Below are positions 12,446 through 24,500 of a DNA stretch of 64,000 bases, piece after piece. Location: contig NW_015170278.1 of assembly GCF_001447785.1 (NCBI RefSeq), positions 1,851,144-1,915,143 on the forward strand, written 5' to 3'. Positions within the stretch are counted from its first letter, which is position 1, and each line of letters starts with the position of its first letter. The notes beneath the pieces are model-generated. The model did not search any database. It saw nothing but the letters and a program-made list of their open reading frames with translations, and was not told the origin of the DNA. The stretch comes from Gekko japonicus (Eukaryota). The translations under genes and the position numbers were made by a program.

Positions 12446-15400
12446 TTTAGTGACCACTTGCTGAGGTTTGGTTTAAAACACAGTCCAAGTTTTCTGTCAA
12501 CGTAATATCTGCACTTTGCAGACATAAAGCCACAGCCTTACTGGTGGCAGTGGTAATGCTTCATCCAGCTATATGAGACCTCTAAATATTTGGAGGAATT
12601 GCAGTAATTTGGAAGTAGAAAAGTGTAATCCTAAACGTCTTCACAAATGGAGCCACAAAAAAGAACTCAGGTTTCAGTTAATGGTAAGGGGAGGCGGAGG
12701 ATGGCAGGGCAGAGATCGGTGTGGTACTAGAGAATATCATGATCCAGCAGCTATAACTTATTCAGCCTGTAAAACACAGCATGTTTTGTTTTAGAACTTT
12801 ATCTCATGTTTTGTTAATGAATTCTTAAGTGTTTACATTATTTTAAACATTATCATTTGTACAGGAGTGTGGAGCTAAGAAGTCATATAGTGTACAAGCC
12901 TAAAATAACTAAAATGTAAAAACATGTTTTTGGGATTTATGAAGCAAATAGATGTGTAATATGCCATACCTCAGCCATCCAGGGAAAAGACATTTGATTA
13001 TAATCACGTTAGGAATCCTTTGTTGATGTAATCTTAGTAACTATATTCTTCTCTTAAGAGATGCTGCAGGATATTAGGCTGCGGTGAAGATTCAAAACTT
13101 TGTTGGGAAAAGTGGGGGTTAGGGGAGATGGCTATTAACCAGTGATTTAATTATTAACATGGGAAATTCCAGAGTTACACTCACCTGCAAATCACACCCT
13201 CCAATCTAGAAATTCACTGAGCCAGTGTGATGTAGTGGATAAAGTGTTGGAACAGAACCCAGCAGGCACAGCTTCAAATCCCCAGTCTGCCGTGAAGCTC
13301 ACTGGGCAACCTTGGGCCAGTCATTCTCCATAGAACTCATCTACCTCACAGAAGTGCTGTGTGGTCAAAGTGGGGAGGTAGACCCATGGATGCCTATTTG
13401 AGGTTCTTGGAGGACTGGTGGGATAAAAAGTTTTACTGGATAGATAGATGGAATATACTCCCACTAATTTATCTTATCTTGGACAAACATTCCTTTCATG
13501 ATTCTGTTATGACTCAACATCCTCTGAATGGTTGCTAATTCTATAATATATTCCAGCATGTTGTATGCATTTTTTCTGCAAAGTCTATAGAATGGCAGGG
13601 TATCTGACACACATAGACATGAAGGAGAAGACTCAGAGCAAACACTTGTGAGCTTCCCCACTAAAATAATCTGGTGGAGCCTCCCCCAGGAGCCACTAAT
13701 GTGAAGTTGGCTTCCACTAGGGGCAGAGCATTAGCAGCACTTGCACTGAACCGTGGGATGCTGTCCCCTGTGAGGCTTATGGAGTGTCCCTCTAATGGCT
13801 TTAGGAAGCTCACAGGCACCTTCCTATTCTATCAAGCCTTTAAAGATTAGTCTTCTGTGATTTCCAGTAAGGCTATATTCATTTCGGATGCAAATTTTTA
13901 GCATATTATGCTAACATTTTAAAATATTATTAGTTACTTCACAATTGGACGGTACACACATTGGGTATAAATTAATGCATTAATAAAATTGATATACCTA
14001 TGTTAGCAAAGTCTCAATGTGTTTGTGGAACTAGACATCATGCTGTCTCTACTAAAGTATGCCTTTGTTATCAGGTTTCTGGAAATCTGGGAGGTGCCCT
14101 GTGAACAGGGTTTATAGCACATCAGCCTATGAAAATCCTGGTTCCCCCTTTTCATTTCTAGCTAAGAGCCCTTTTGCCACCCAAATGCATTTAGACTATA
14201 ACAAGTGGGGATGCACAAGAAACGTGCGGGAGTGGCTATCCCATCCCCCCCACCTCTGCTTCTTCCCCTCCTCCCCTTACTTCTCTCCAGAGGTCATTTA
14301 GGGGGGGAACGCGGGGGAACACAGTTCCCCCGGGTGAGGTGCAGGGGGGCGGGGCACACAACGAAGCCCCGCCCCCTGCTTCCGGCCGCCCCACTTCCAG
14401 CCCTCAGCCTACTTCCCCCCCAGCAGCAGTGGCAGCAGCCACCCTCTAGTAATCACAACAGATTGTCCAAATACAGAGATCAGTTCCTCTTAGGGTTGCC
14501 AGATCCATGTGGGGAAATTCCTGGAGATTTGGAGGTGGAGCCTTGAGAGAATGAGGTTTGAGCTTGGAAGTGATCTCAGCAGAGTATAATACTATAAACT
14601 CCACCCTTCAAAGCAGCCATTTTCTCCAGAGGAACTGATCTGTGTCATCTGGAGAGCAGTTGTAATTCCAGGAGATCCCCAGCCCTCACCTGAAGGTTGG
14701 CAATATTAGTTCCCCTGGAGGAAATGACTGCTTTGGAGGGTGGAGTCTATGACATTATATCTGTCTGAAGTTTCTCCCCACCTCAATCCTCAGCATCCCC
14801 AGGCTCCACCCCTCAAATATTCAGGAATTTCCCAACCTGGAGTAGCTATCCCCACTCTTTCTCACCCAACAGCCAACCTACCTTTCTGCCCCTCTGTCTT
14901 CAGCTTTCTGTCTCCTTTCCCCTTGCAGCTTCTACTGAGGAAAACTATGGTCTTTCTCCAAAGTGTGGACTAAAGCAGTTTATATTATTCTCTCCTCCAT
15001 TTTATCCACACAACAGGTTAGGCTGAAAGTATGTGACTGGTCCAAAATTACCCAGTGAGCTTTCAGAGCAAGACTGTGATCTAAACCTGTGTATCGGAAA
15101 CCCTAGTCCAAAATCACCCACTGAGCTTCCACAGCAAGATGGTGATCTAAACCTGGGTCTTGCAAACCCCACTCTGAAGCTCTGACTATTATACTACACT
15201 GACCGTCATAAGGTGGCTGCTATTGAACAGTAGCAAGTAGTCAGGCCTAGTTAAGTCATCCAAGTCAGGTGGTATCAACTCATCCAGAGGGTGCTGCTAG
15301 GCCTTGATTTGCCAGTCTCCAGGTGGGACCTGGAGATCTCCCAGAATTACAACTGAACTGCAGACAACAGAGATCTGTCCCCCTGGAGAAAATGGGTGGA

Positions 15401-18400
15401 CCCTGTGGCATTATATACAGCTGAGGCCTCTCCCCTCCCCAAACTATGCTCTCCTCAGACTTCACCACAGAATCTCCAGGAATTCCCCAACCTGGAGTGG
15501 GCAATCCTAGTCCCAGTCATTCATACTGCAGGGGGAATCCTTCCAAATTGAGCTCCAGTTCTGCTTTGTGCTTCCTTCCTGCTTTTCACTTCTTTTGCTA
15601 TCAGCCAGTTTCTCTCTCTCTGTCGATATGGCAGGGTCTAGAGTAGATCCCTGCAGCGGGAAATTCAACTCTCCCTGAGGTTTGTTAAAAAACTGTTTGG
15701 ATTTTTATGTAATCCCATGGAATCCCCTGAGTCTGTAGAAAAACTTGCTGGGGGTGAGTGTGCCCCCTATCTGGAGAAATAAGTATCCACATGCAGAGGG
15801 GACTGTTGAGAATTAGATATATAGATGTTCTTAATTGCATATGAAGGCAAGTAGGATAATACAGTTTAAAGGGAAAAGGAAAGAGGAGTTCACCTTCTTA
15901 AATCTCAAGGCAAACCACAATATACTTAACAAATGAATTACAGCACTCAGGTCTCTGGAGAAACCGTGCATAAGTTCCTAAAAAAATAAACACTGTGTAT
16001 ATTACTGAATCATGGCTGTAAAATTGCTGGAACTCAGTAATCCTGCCGTGAAGGAAGTGTGACTCTTGTTGAAAAACACTGTGAGACACAACAGGTTAAG
16101 TTTACTACATGGATTCAGGAAGTCATGAATTATGTGAATCTTGGTTTGTTTTCATTTCCCTATCTCTGTTGACTAATTGATATGAATATTTGGCTACATA
16201 CGTATTGTGGTAACCAGGCTTTTCAAATAGAAACCGGAATGCCTAGAACAATTAATCGTTGAGATCAGCTTTCTTAGAAAAGAAATAGATGTCCCATCAA
16301 ACACCTACATTAGTGCCTATAAGGCACAGTCATATTTCACTTGAATGTCACAATGAAATCCATCTCGCATCATGTATTAAGACCTGTAAAATAAGCAGAG
16401 AGAGCACGCGCTTTAGTTACAACATGTAGCACTGGGTCTTTTTTTAGCTATAAATGAAATGATCTGTTCTAGTGTGGGGAATTTGTGATGTAATCCCAGT
16501 GTGGGAGTACTTGAAAGCTGATTTGCTGGGCTTCAATAGCGAATGACTGTGTCAATTGCCCAAGTTTTTCCTGGCTTGTTCCTCTGACCATGCCCTCCTC
16601 TTCTTGGCACTGAGCTGTTGGCTCCCCATTTTCTATTCAGGGCTGCTTAGGAAGAATCTATGGAACTTAGCAGGTTTGGGGGAAAGCTGAATAAGTGCCT
16701 TCCTTTAGCTGCATAGGCCTGGGATATCCTGTCTTAGGCACAGGCTTTGGTTCACATCCCTTCTAACCCTGTGATCCACCCACAAACTTATTCAAGCACA
16801 CCACCTATTGCAGCATGTTTACTTTCTTCCCCTGTTAGCCAGGGATGCCAGCCCTTGCTATCAGGCCTGCTTGAAATGTCTACACATGCCATTGTGTTTT
16901 CTTTCACATTGTGGAGGCTCCTTAGAAACCTCATCAAAGCAGTCTCTTGTCCAAGTGCCAATGGAAAGTGAACTGGAGAATGAACAGCTCATGCCGAAAC
17001 AAAAGTTACCCTTTCCATTTCCTCATAACTCCACTGTCACTTAATCATAGCCTCCATCCACACATTACCTGCCCTTTCACTCAATATGCATCTGCTTTAG
17101 ACTGAGTGCTGCATTTGTATGACTCACAAAACCTCCCCCTGATATATTTGCTGTCCTATGCCAACCCTGTGCATCACGCGGAGATGTGGGGAAAGAAGAG
17201 GGAGAGGGCTGTTTTGGAGCAGAAGGCTGTGATCAATCAAATTCAGCGTTGATAGAGTTGTGAGCTCTTTGGGAGAACGTTTCTAGCCCTCTGCAGACGA
17301 TCAGACTTGTAGAAATGAGTGCACAGTGGAGAGGAATGGCCTTGCCCTCTTTGGACAGGAACCTGATGCCTGAATACAGGCTCCTCATTGCATGTAGGCT
17401 ATGAATGAGAATTCTGCACCTTCTGTGTCTGCTCATAAGCTCTAAATGTGTGCTGGGTAAGTAAGTTTGTAAGCTGTTGTGCACAACATGGTGCAAACAG
17501 TGTGTGGAGGTTAGGGTCAACAGGAATGATCCCATTTCTTCCCCAACCCCCAGTACATTTATTTCTTCAGTGTTTGGCTATCTGCACATAGTGACCGCCT
17601 TTTAATATCAAACAGAATTATTTGTAAAGTTCCTAGCATCGTAGGATACTGGCAGGGTGAATTTCTAGGTTCCAAGGTTTAAACCTCTGTTCAAGCCAAG
17701 CCATGGCTGACCTGGAAACCTTGGTCTTTTACTGCAGATCTTTAGAGACAAGTGCTGGTTACTCAATAGTACTGAGTTTCTGAGAGGGATGGGGTTTTAA
17801 CATATTCCAGGCATGATATTGTATTATTACTGCTGGAGCATTTTCAGTAAAGAAGCGGCATTTCCCTCTTATCCAAGCTGTGAGAAGTGTTAAGCCTTTC
17901 CAAAGTCCATTTCCATTAGAGGAAAGAACAGCAAAGGCTTAATGGCACACTTGTGAAAATGTCTTTATACACGAACAGAATAAAAAGGAATGTCTGGATG
18001 CAGGCCCCAGGATCTGACACATTCAGCGCACACCAGGCTCTTCCTGGCAAATCTCTGCTATCTGAACTCCAGAGTCCCAATTCAAAGCTTCTTCTGCAAA
18101 CCAGGAGCTCACTGTCAGTGTGTCTGTGGCTCCCAGTAATCCCCATCAGTTTGCTGTAGGTCACTAGCAAGTATGGGGTGTTGTTGTTTTTTTTGCCTTT
18201 CCAGCGAGGGCAAGAGACTTAGAGCTTTCAGTACAAGTAGGGTGGCCAACTGACCTGGGGAAAATGTCCCATCTTTTCATAAAAGGCTTGTTGTTGCTAG
18301 CCATTCAGTCATGTCTAACTCTTGGTGATTCTATGGGCCAGCTTAATGTATTGAAATGAGCTGTTGGAGCTTTTCAATGGCAAAGAGGTAAATAACATAA

Positions 18401-18651
18401 CCTGGTAAATAACATTCAATTAAATCACTATTAAAGGGACGGGGCACTTTTCTTCATGCCTGTTGGCAACCTTAAGAGCAAGGCTTTGGTCCATTGGACG
18501 GACTGACCAAACTAATAGCATTCTTGTGCTGCTCTGACATTGACCCTGGCCATACTCCTGTAAAAGGTATGTAGGCTGACCATGGCCATTTCCACACAGG
18601 TTTCCTACCCCAGGTTCAATGCTGTTGGGAAGTGGGGTGTTTTTCCTGCTT

Positions 18652-20225
18652 CATAGAATCATAGAGTTGGAAGGGATCTCCAAAGTCATCTAGTCCAACC
18701 CACTGCACAATGCAGGAAATTCACAAATGACCCCCCCCCAGGAACCACTGTTCCACACCCAGAAGAAGACAAAAAACTTCCAGGATCTCCAGCCAAACTG
18801 GACTGGAGAAAAATTGCTTCCTCTGACCCCATAGTGGCAATCAGCATTTCCCTGGGCATGTAAGAAAGGGCCACAGGAACTAAGCACTGAGGCAAACCTT
18901 CCTGCCCTCCCTCTCATGATCTGCCTATGTTCACAGAATGCGCATGGCTGTCAGATGGCCATATAGCCTCTGTTTGAAAACCTCAGAAGAAGGAGAGCCC
19001 ACCACCTCCCAAGGAAGTGTTTTCCATTGAGAAACCGCTTTAACTGTCAGGAAGTTCTTCCTAATGTTTAGCTGAAAGCTCTTCTGATTTAATTTCAACC
19101 CGTTGGTTCTGGTCTAACCTTCTGGGGCAACAGAAAACAACTCCGTACCATCCGCTAGATGACAGCACTTCAAGTACTTAAAGATAATGATCATATCACC
19201 TCTCAGAGAATCTTAAAGAACTTATGAGTGAGCTACTTGCCCCAGCAACAGATATAAAGGCGGAACTGTTACTCAACGACATGGATGTGGCCTATAGGTC
19301 ATATTCAGGATACATAAAGAAAAATAATCTGCCTGGGGAAATTGTAGTAAGATTCTCGAAGAGGCACGTTAGGGATGCTATCCTGAAAGCAGTGGCTGCG
19401 ACACCTCTGAAGGCAGGGGAGAATGCTGTCAGAACGCTTAAGGATATTCCATTTGAAGTAAGGCAATGCAGAAAGAAATACAAAGAACTTGTGCTCTTCC
19501 TCCAAACAAATTCAATTGGATATAAATGGCTATTTCCAGAAGGAATAACATTTAAGATCAAAGAGAAGAAGGTAAAGATTGACTCTGTTCTTAAAGCTCA
19601 AGAATTTCTAAAAGAACAGCTGGGAAGGTCGGAGGACGAGAAAAAAGAAGATAGTAGATCCAGCGGCGAGCTGGAAACTGGTTCATCTGGCGAGGACTCT
19701 TTGTCTGAGCAGGGGGCAGCAGCCCCGAAAAGTCCCTACAAGCTGCGGAAAAGAGAAAAGAAGAAGTAAAGGCTGAAGGACTCTGAATTGTGCCTTTGAG
19801 AACTTTGGTTCCTGGGGATGATGGGGGGCACTGTTATTGGGCAACTAAATGTAAATGGGGAGGGTTAAAAGTTGTAAAAGTTTGACACAGTTCATAAGAA
19901 GCACAAAGATGAAAAGTCTGGATGCAGAAAGCTAGTTGGAGGGTCTCCTCTCTTGGGTTTTTAGTCAGTAGTGGGTTCTTTACTTTTTCCTTTATATGTA
20001 GTCTTCCCCCTCCCTTTTTCTGTTGTAGTTTTTGTAGTGTTAAAAAACACCAATAAAAAATCCCCTTGGGGGCTCAAAAAAAAAAAAGATAGTGATCATA
20101 TCACCTCTCAGTTGTCTCCTCTCAAAGCTAAACATACCCAGCTCCTTCTACCTTTCCTCATAGGACTTGGTCTCCAGACGCCTCACCATCTTCATTGCCC
20201 TCCTCTGGACACATTCCAGCTTGTT
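18652..20225 (-). mobile_element. CR1 LINE 3' fragment (18652-19206 and 20112-20225) interrupted by a half-L1 insertion
   Basis: catagaat tail repeats at 18652, ORF2 C-terminal sequence matching the 58305-59100 copy, and continuity across the insertion. Confidence 0.85.
19207..20087 (+). mobile_element. ORF1-only L1 derivative (half-L1-like), subfamily A, with long TSD
   Basis: ORF 19224-19769 encodes an L1 ORF1p RRM/CTD-like region (PGEIVVRF, LKDIPFEVRQCRKKY, YKWLFPEG). Then 3'UTR, AATAAA at 20052 and poly(A). TSD aaagata(a/g)tgatcatatcacctctcag at 19180-19206 and 20085-20111. Confidence 0.85.
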
Positions 20226-23200
20226 TACGACATCATGGTGCATTCATGCACCTCTTGGGGTTTCCCTGGTTTTTCTATGATCTTTTGCTTTGCTCCAAAG
20301 TTTTGGGAAAGACCACAGTTAAGCCTGCATGGCTGTTGTATGTGTGGGAAAGTGTGGAATTTCCCACCCACATGACAGCCATTTTCCCAGACCCAGCGAC
20401 AGTAATTTCTTCCCTATTCCATAGAGGGTTTTTTTTCCTCTTCAAATTGGTAACTTAAAAAAGCACATCTTGCTTCTTTTGTTGTGAAGATATAAGGGGA
20501 AAAGCATGTCTCCACAACAGAAGGAACTAGAGACTTTCATTTTTAAAACAAAAAGTAAAACTGGGAATTCACAGAACCTGTTACAATTTTTGCTTTAACA
20601 GTATAGTGATATACCAATATGAAATTGATGATTCTTAATTTTAAAAAAAGTTGAAAAAGTTTGTGGACCAGGGAAGNNNNNNNNNNNNNNNNNNNNNNNN
20701 NNNNNNNNNNNNNNNNNNNNNNNNNNNNNNNNNNNNNNNNNNNNNNNNNNNNNNNNNNNNNNNNNNNNNNNNNNNNNNNNNNNNNNNNNNNNNNNNNNNN
20801 NNNNNNNNNNNNNNNNNNNNNNNNNNNNNNNNNNNNNNNNNNNNNNNNNNNNNNNNNNNNNNNNNNNNNNNNNNNNNNNNNNNNNNNNNNNNNNNNNNNN
20901 NNNNNNNNNNNNNNNNNNNNNNNNNNNNNNNNNNNNNNNNNNNNNNNNNNNNNNNNNNNNNNNNNNNNNNNNNNNNNNNNNNNNNNNNNNNNNNNNNNNN
21001 NNNNGAGCCTCACCGGTCTTCCCCCCGGCTCTGAAGCTTGTCTCCCCCCCCAGCTCCAAAGCCGCGGCGGCGAGGCAGTCTGCAGAGCGTTCCCTGCGCA
21101 TACGCAGGGGATGCTCTGTTACTTTTGGGGGGATTTAAGTATCCCCCCAATATTTTTTTCAGGTATTCAGATTTTTGTGCACACCTGGGGACTGCCCCAA
21201 GTGTGCACGAAAATCTCCCTCCCCCCCAGGTGCCCCCGATGCGCGGATTTAGGTATCCGCACGCCAGGGGGCGACTTCAGTATTAGTATATGGATAAATA
21301 CACTGTTTCATTTGTTGTGAAAGTAACGGAAAAGGACTTCTGACTCTTCATGTCAGAAGGGACTCAGTTTTGCTAGACTGTGCTCTCTGTGTGACCCTGG
21401 GAGTGTGGGGGGGGGAATCCTGTTTTAGAGTATCTTAAACATTTCTTAAACATAGAACATAAAAAGTGGGTGGAGGTAGCTGTGGATTTCTATCATGAAG
21501 CAAATGTAATTAAAATGAATTTCCCCTAGAATAGATAAGTTTAAGATCTCCCCCGAACCCCACCCAAACACATACATTTTTGAGAATGTCTTTCTTTGCT
21601 TTTGTTAACAGAAATGATTGCTTGAGCAACTCTGATCCCCTCTGTCCCATTCAAGCTTAGATCAAAGGAACAATAGCAAAGAGTGTTGATGACAGAAGTC
21701 TGGCTAAAGGAGGAAATTCCCCAAGTGCCCCAAAGTGGGTGAGTGGCAAGCACCACTGTTGGATCCCCACCCCCGTGACCCAGGAGAAATAAAATCCTCC
21801 TTGGCGATGTTGTGTGGCATGTGCCTGAACAACCTGCATGAGGTCATTTCTGCTGAGTGGGCTGTAGTGTTTAGTGCACAAGGCAAATGGTTGGATGGAA
21901 GGAGGGGATTACATGGGATTCTCAGAGCTTGGCAAAGATTCAGATCTGGCTGGTTATTGCTAACTAATGCTGCCTTTATTAAAAAGGATTTGTGGGAAGG
22001 GGGTTAAGAGATTGGCCAAGTATATATGCAAAAGCTAGAATGGAAAATAAACAAATCAGGGAGAGCCCTAGTGAGAAAAGCGTGAAAAAGGAGGAGAAGG
22101 GCAGGAAGCAAGAAGAGCCAGCTGGGAGTATGTGAGCCAAGGCATCAGGGTTGTCTTTGTGTTACTGATACTGTGATTGATTAAACAAGATACTCATCCT
22201 TAGCTGGGGTCCCTGAAAGTATTAGCAGGCTGAAGCCTTGCTGGTGGCCACATTCTTTTCTGTCTTGCAGTATCAGAACCTATGGTACGATATCCAAAAA
22301 CAACAGCAGAGTAATACCTTTTATTAGGACCAACCAAAATGTGATTCTGAAGGGTCTGACATTTGTGTGTCACTTCCTCAGCTCAGCATTATTCACTGCA
22401 GCACACTGACCCCTAGCAACATGCTTCGGCATTTCACTAACTGCGGAATTGTATTCCTCTGGAGGCATTCACAGGGGTGTTTCCTCATAAGGAAGAATCC
22501 TTAGAAGATGGAATCTTCTCTGATTTTTATTTGGTTTCATTTGGGAGTAATCTGGGATTTATAGCTGTCAGTAGCACTGCATCTTAAAATTTAGAACTGG
22601 CTAGTGGCCACTGCAGGTATAAGAGGTGATCAGTCTGTTAAAATTGGGAAATGAGATCTCTTCAGAACCTCCCAATGATTGCTTTCTGCGTATACACTAT
22701 ATGGAAGACAAGATGATAAGCTACAAAATTATGATAATAATTCATCATGATTATTTTTAATATTGAGGCAGCAGAGATGTGTGGAACCTCAGAAAGTGCC
22801 CCAACTGCATTAATGCTTACAAAATAGCCTGTTTTATAATTGTCCCTAATAGTCCCCAGTAACACAATATCCTGTTACCATATAATGAGCCATACAGTTG
22901 TTTGCAAATTTTATTTTTGTTTCTAATAAGGGGCTGGATGACTCCTCCAGGACTTGCTTTGCATAACAAGGGAGTGCACAAACAAGAAGCAAGTATACTT
23001 AAAGGAATAATAGGCAATTTATGTGGGTAGTGGGTAGTCTTGCTGCTCTTTAAATTTAAAACAACATCATATAGCGCTGAATGCTCCAGTATGGGGACGG
23101 CGTGGTAAGTGAACACTCAGGCAGCAAACAAGTCATAAAAAGATTTTTGGAATGAAGCCCCCCCCCAAAAAAAAACAACAACCAAAAACCAGCAGCAGGA

Positions 23201-23329
23201 GTGGTGGAATGTGAGTCATTAATAATTGACATTACAGATGATAATGTGTCCATCATACTTCCACAACATTTCATATAGCACTCACAGCAACGGATGTACT
23301 TATCGGAAGATAGAATTACATTTTCCCAA

Positions 23330-23850
23330 AGATTACATACAATAATAGGGAAATATGATATTGCTGTAACAGCAGCACAACTTAAACGGAAGACATTGAT
23401 CTGGATGATGGAGAAAAAAAAATATGTGGGAACTACAAATTTATTGTGCTACAGCCTCACCATATGGCAAGAACCATAGTGGCTGTGGTCATTAGTTCCC
23501 TGTCCTAAAAAATGTGAGAGTTTCGTGCCATACCTTTGAGAGGAACGTCAAAACAATCCAAAAGTATGGGAGAAGATCCAAAGGTACCTGAAAATTCTTG
23601 CTACTTGATGAGAACAAGAGAAACTAGAGAATGGGGCTGCAACTATTTGGACTGTGTCAGCATTACTTTCAGGTTTCACAAACGATAAAGAGGATCAGAG
23701 CATCTCCACTCTGTGATGAAAAGCAGAAGAGACCAAGACACATTGGCAGCTTTTGTCTCCCTCCACTGACCTTTCTGGACAGTATTAATCAGCTGCATGG
23801 AAAGCTGTGGAAGCAATCTGCGCTGGGCTGGAATGTGCTAACTGGAATTT
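23330..23850 (+). mobile_element. Highly degraded non-LTR retrotransposon remnant (Vingi/I-like?)
   Basis: ..YDIAVTA.. resembles a decayed YADDIA motif, and ASPLCD...HI..FC resembles a C-terminal zinc knuckle. Fragmentary. Confidence 0.3.
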
Positions 23851-24171
23851 CATAGCTGTGATATCTCTCTCTGAAGAGTGGTTGTGGTATGCTATTGTGA
23901 ACTCCTCAACTTTCAGGGTTGATGATGGGGCCTGCAACTTTGTTTCTGAAAATTACGCATGCTTGTAGGAAGACAATAGCCCATTCTGAGCTATGTAGAG
24001 GCCCAGACATTCTACACTAGAAACCTCTAAGCAGCATTCCATGCAGCGTAATTCTAATCATATTCACTACTTCTACTTTATGCAGTGGGACATCTTTCAA
24101 GTAAGCACGGGCGGGCTTGCAGTTGTAGAAAGGATAGGATGAGGAAGATCTGCTCAATCTGAGAAAATGCT

Positions 24172-24500
24172 GTTTGGTGTTGTGGTTAAGTGTTTGTGGT
24201 TAAGTGCGCGGTTAAGTTTGGTGTTGTAGTTAAGTGCGCGGACTCTAATCTGGGAGAACCGGGTTTGATTCCCCACTCCTCCACTTGCACCTGGCTGGAT
24301 GACCTTGGCCAAGCCGTAGTTCTGATAAGCTGTCCTTGGAAAAGAGCAGTTTCTGTCAGAGCTCTCTCTGCTCCACCCACCTCACAGGGTGTCTGTTGTG
24401 GGGAGGGGAAGGGAAAGGAGATTGTAAGCCGCTCTGAGACACCTTTCGGTAGTGTAGGGCGGGGTATAAATCCAATCTCTTCTCTTCTTCTTCTCTTCTT
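24172..24500 (+). mobile_element. Squam3-type SINE, long variant with (CTT)n tail and reiterated head
   Basis: tggttaagtgcgcggactctaatctgggagaaccgggtttgattcccc head (5' part repeated), L2-like 3' end, cttcttctt tail. Confidence 0.75.

Noticed and set aside
19224-19769. Domesticated host gene of L1TD1 type
   Set aside because: 5'-truncated, poly(A)-tailed, TSD-flanked and multi-copy: retroposed element copies.
20543-21320. Long ORFs around 20677-21003 and 35479-36012
   Set aside because: Artefacts of translating N-gaps.
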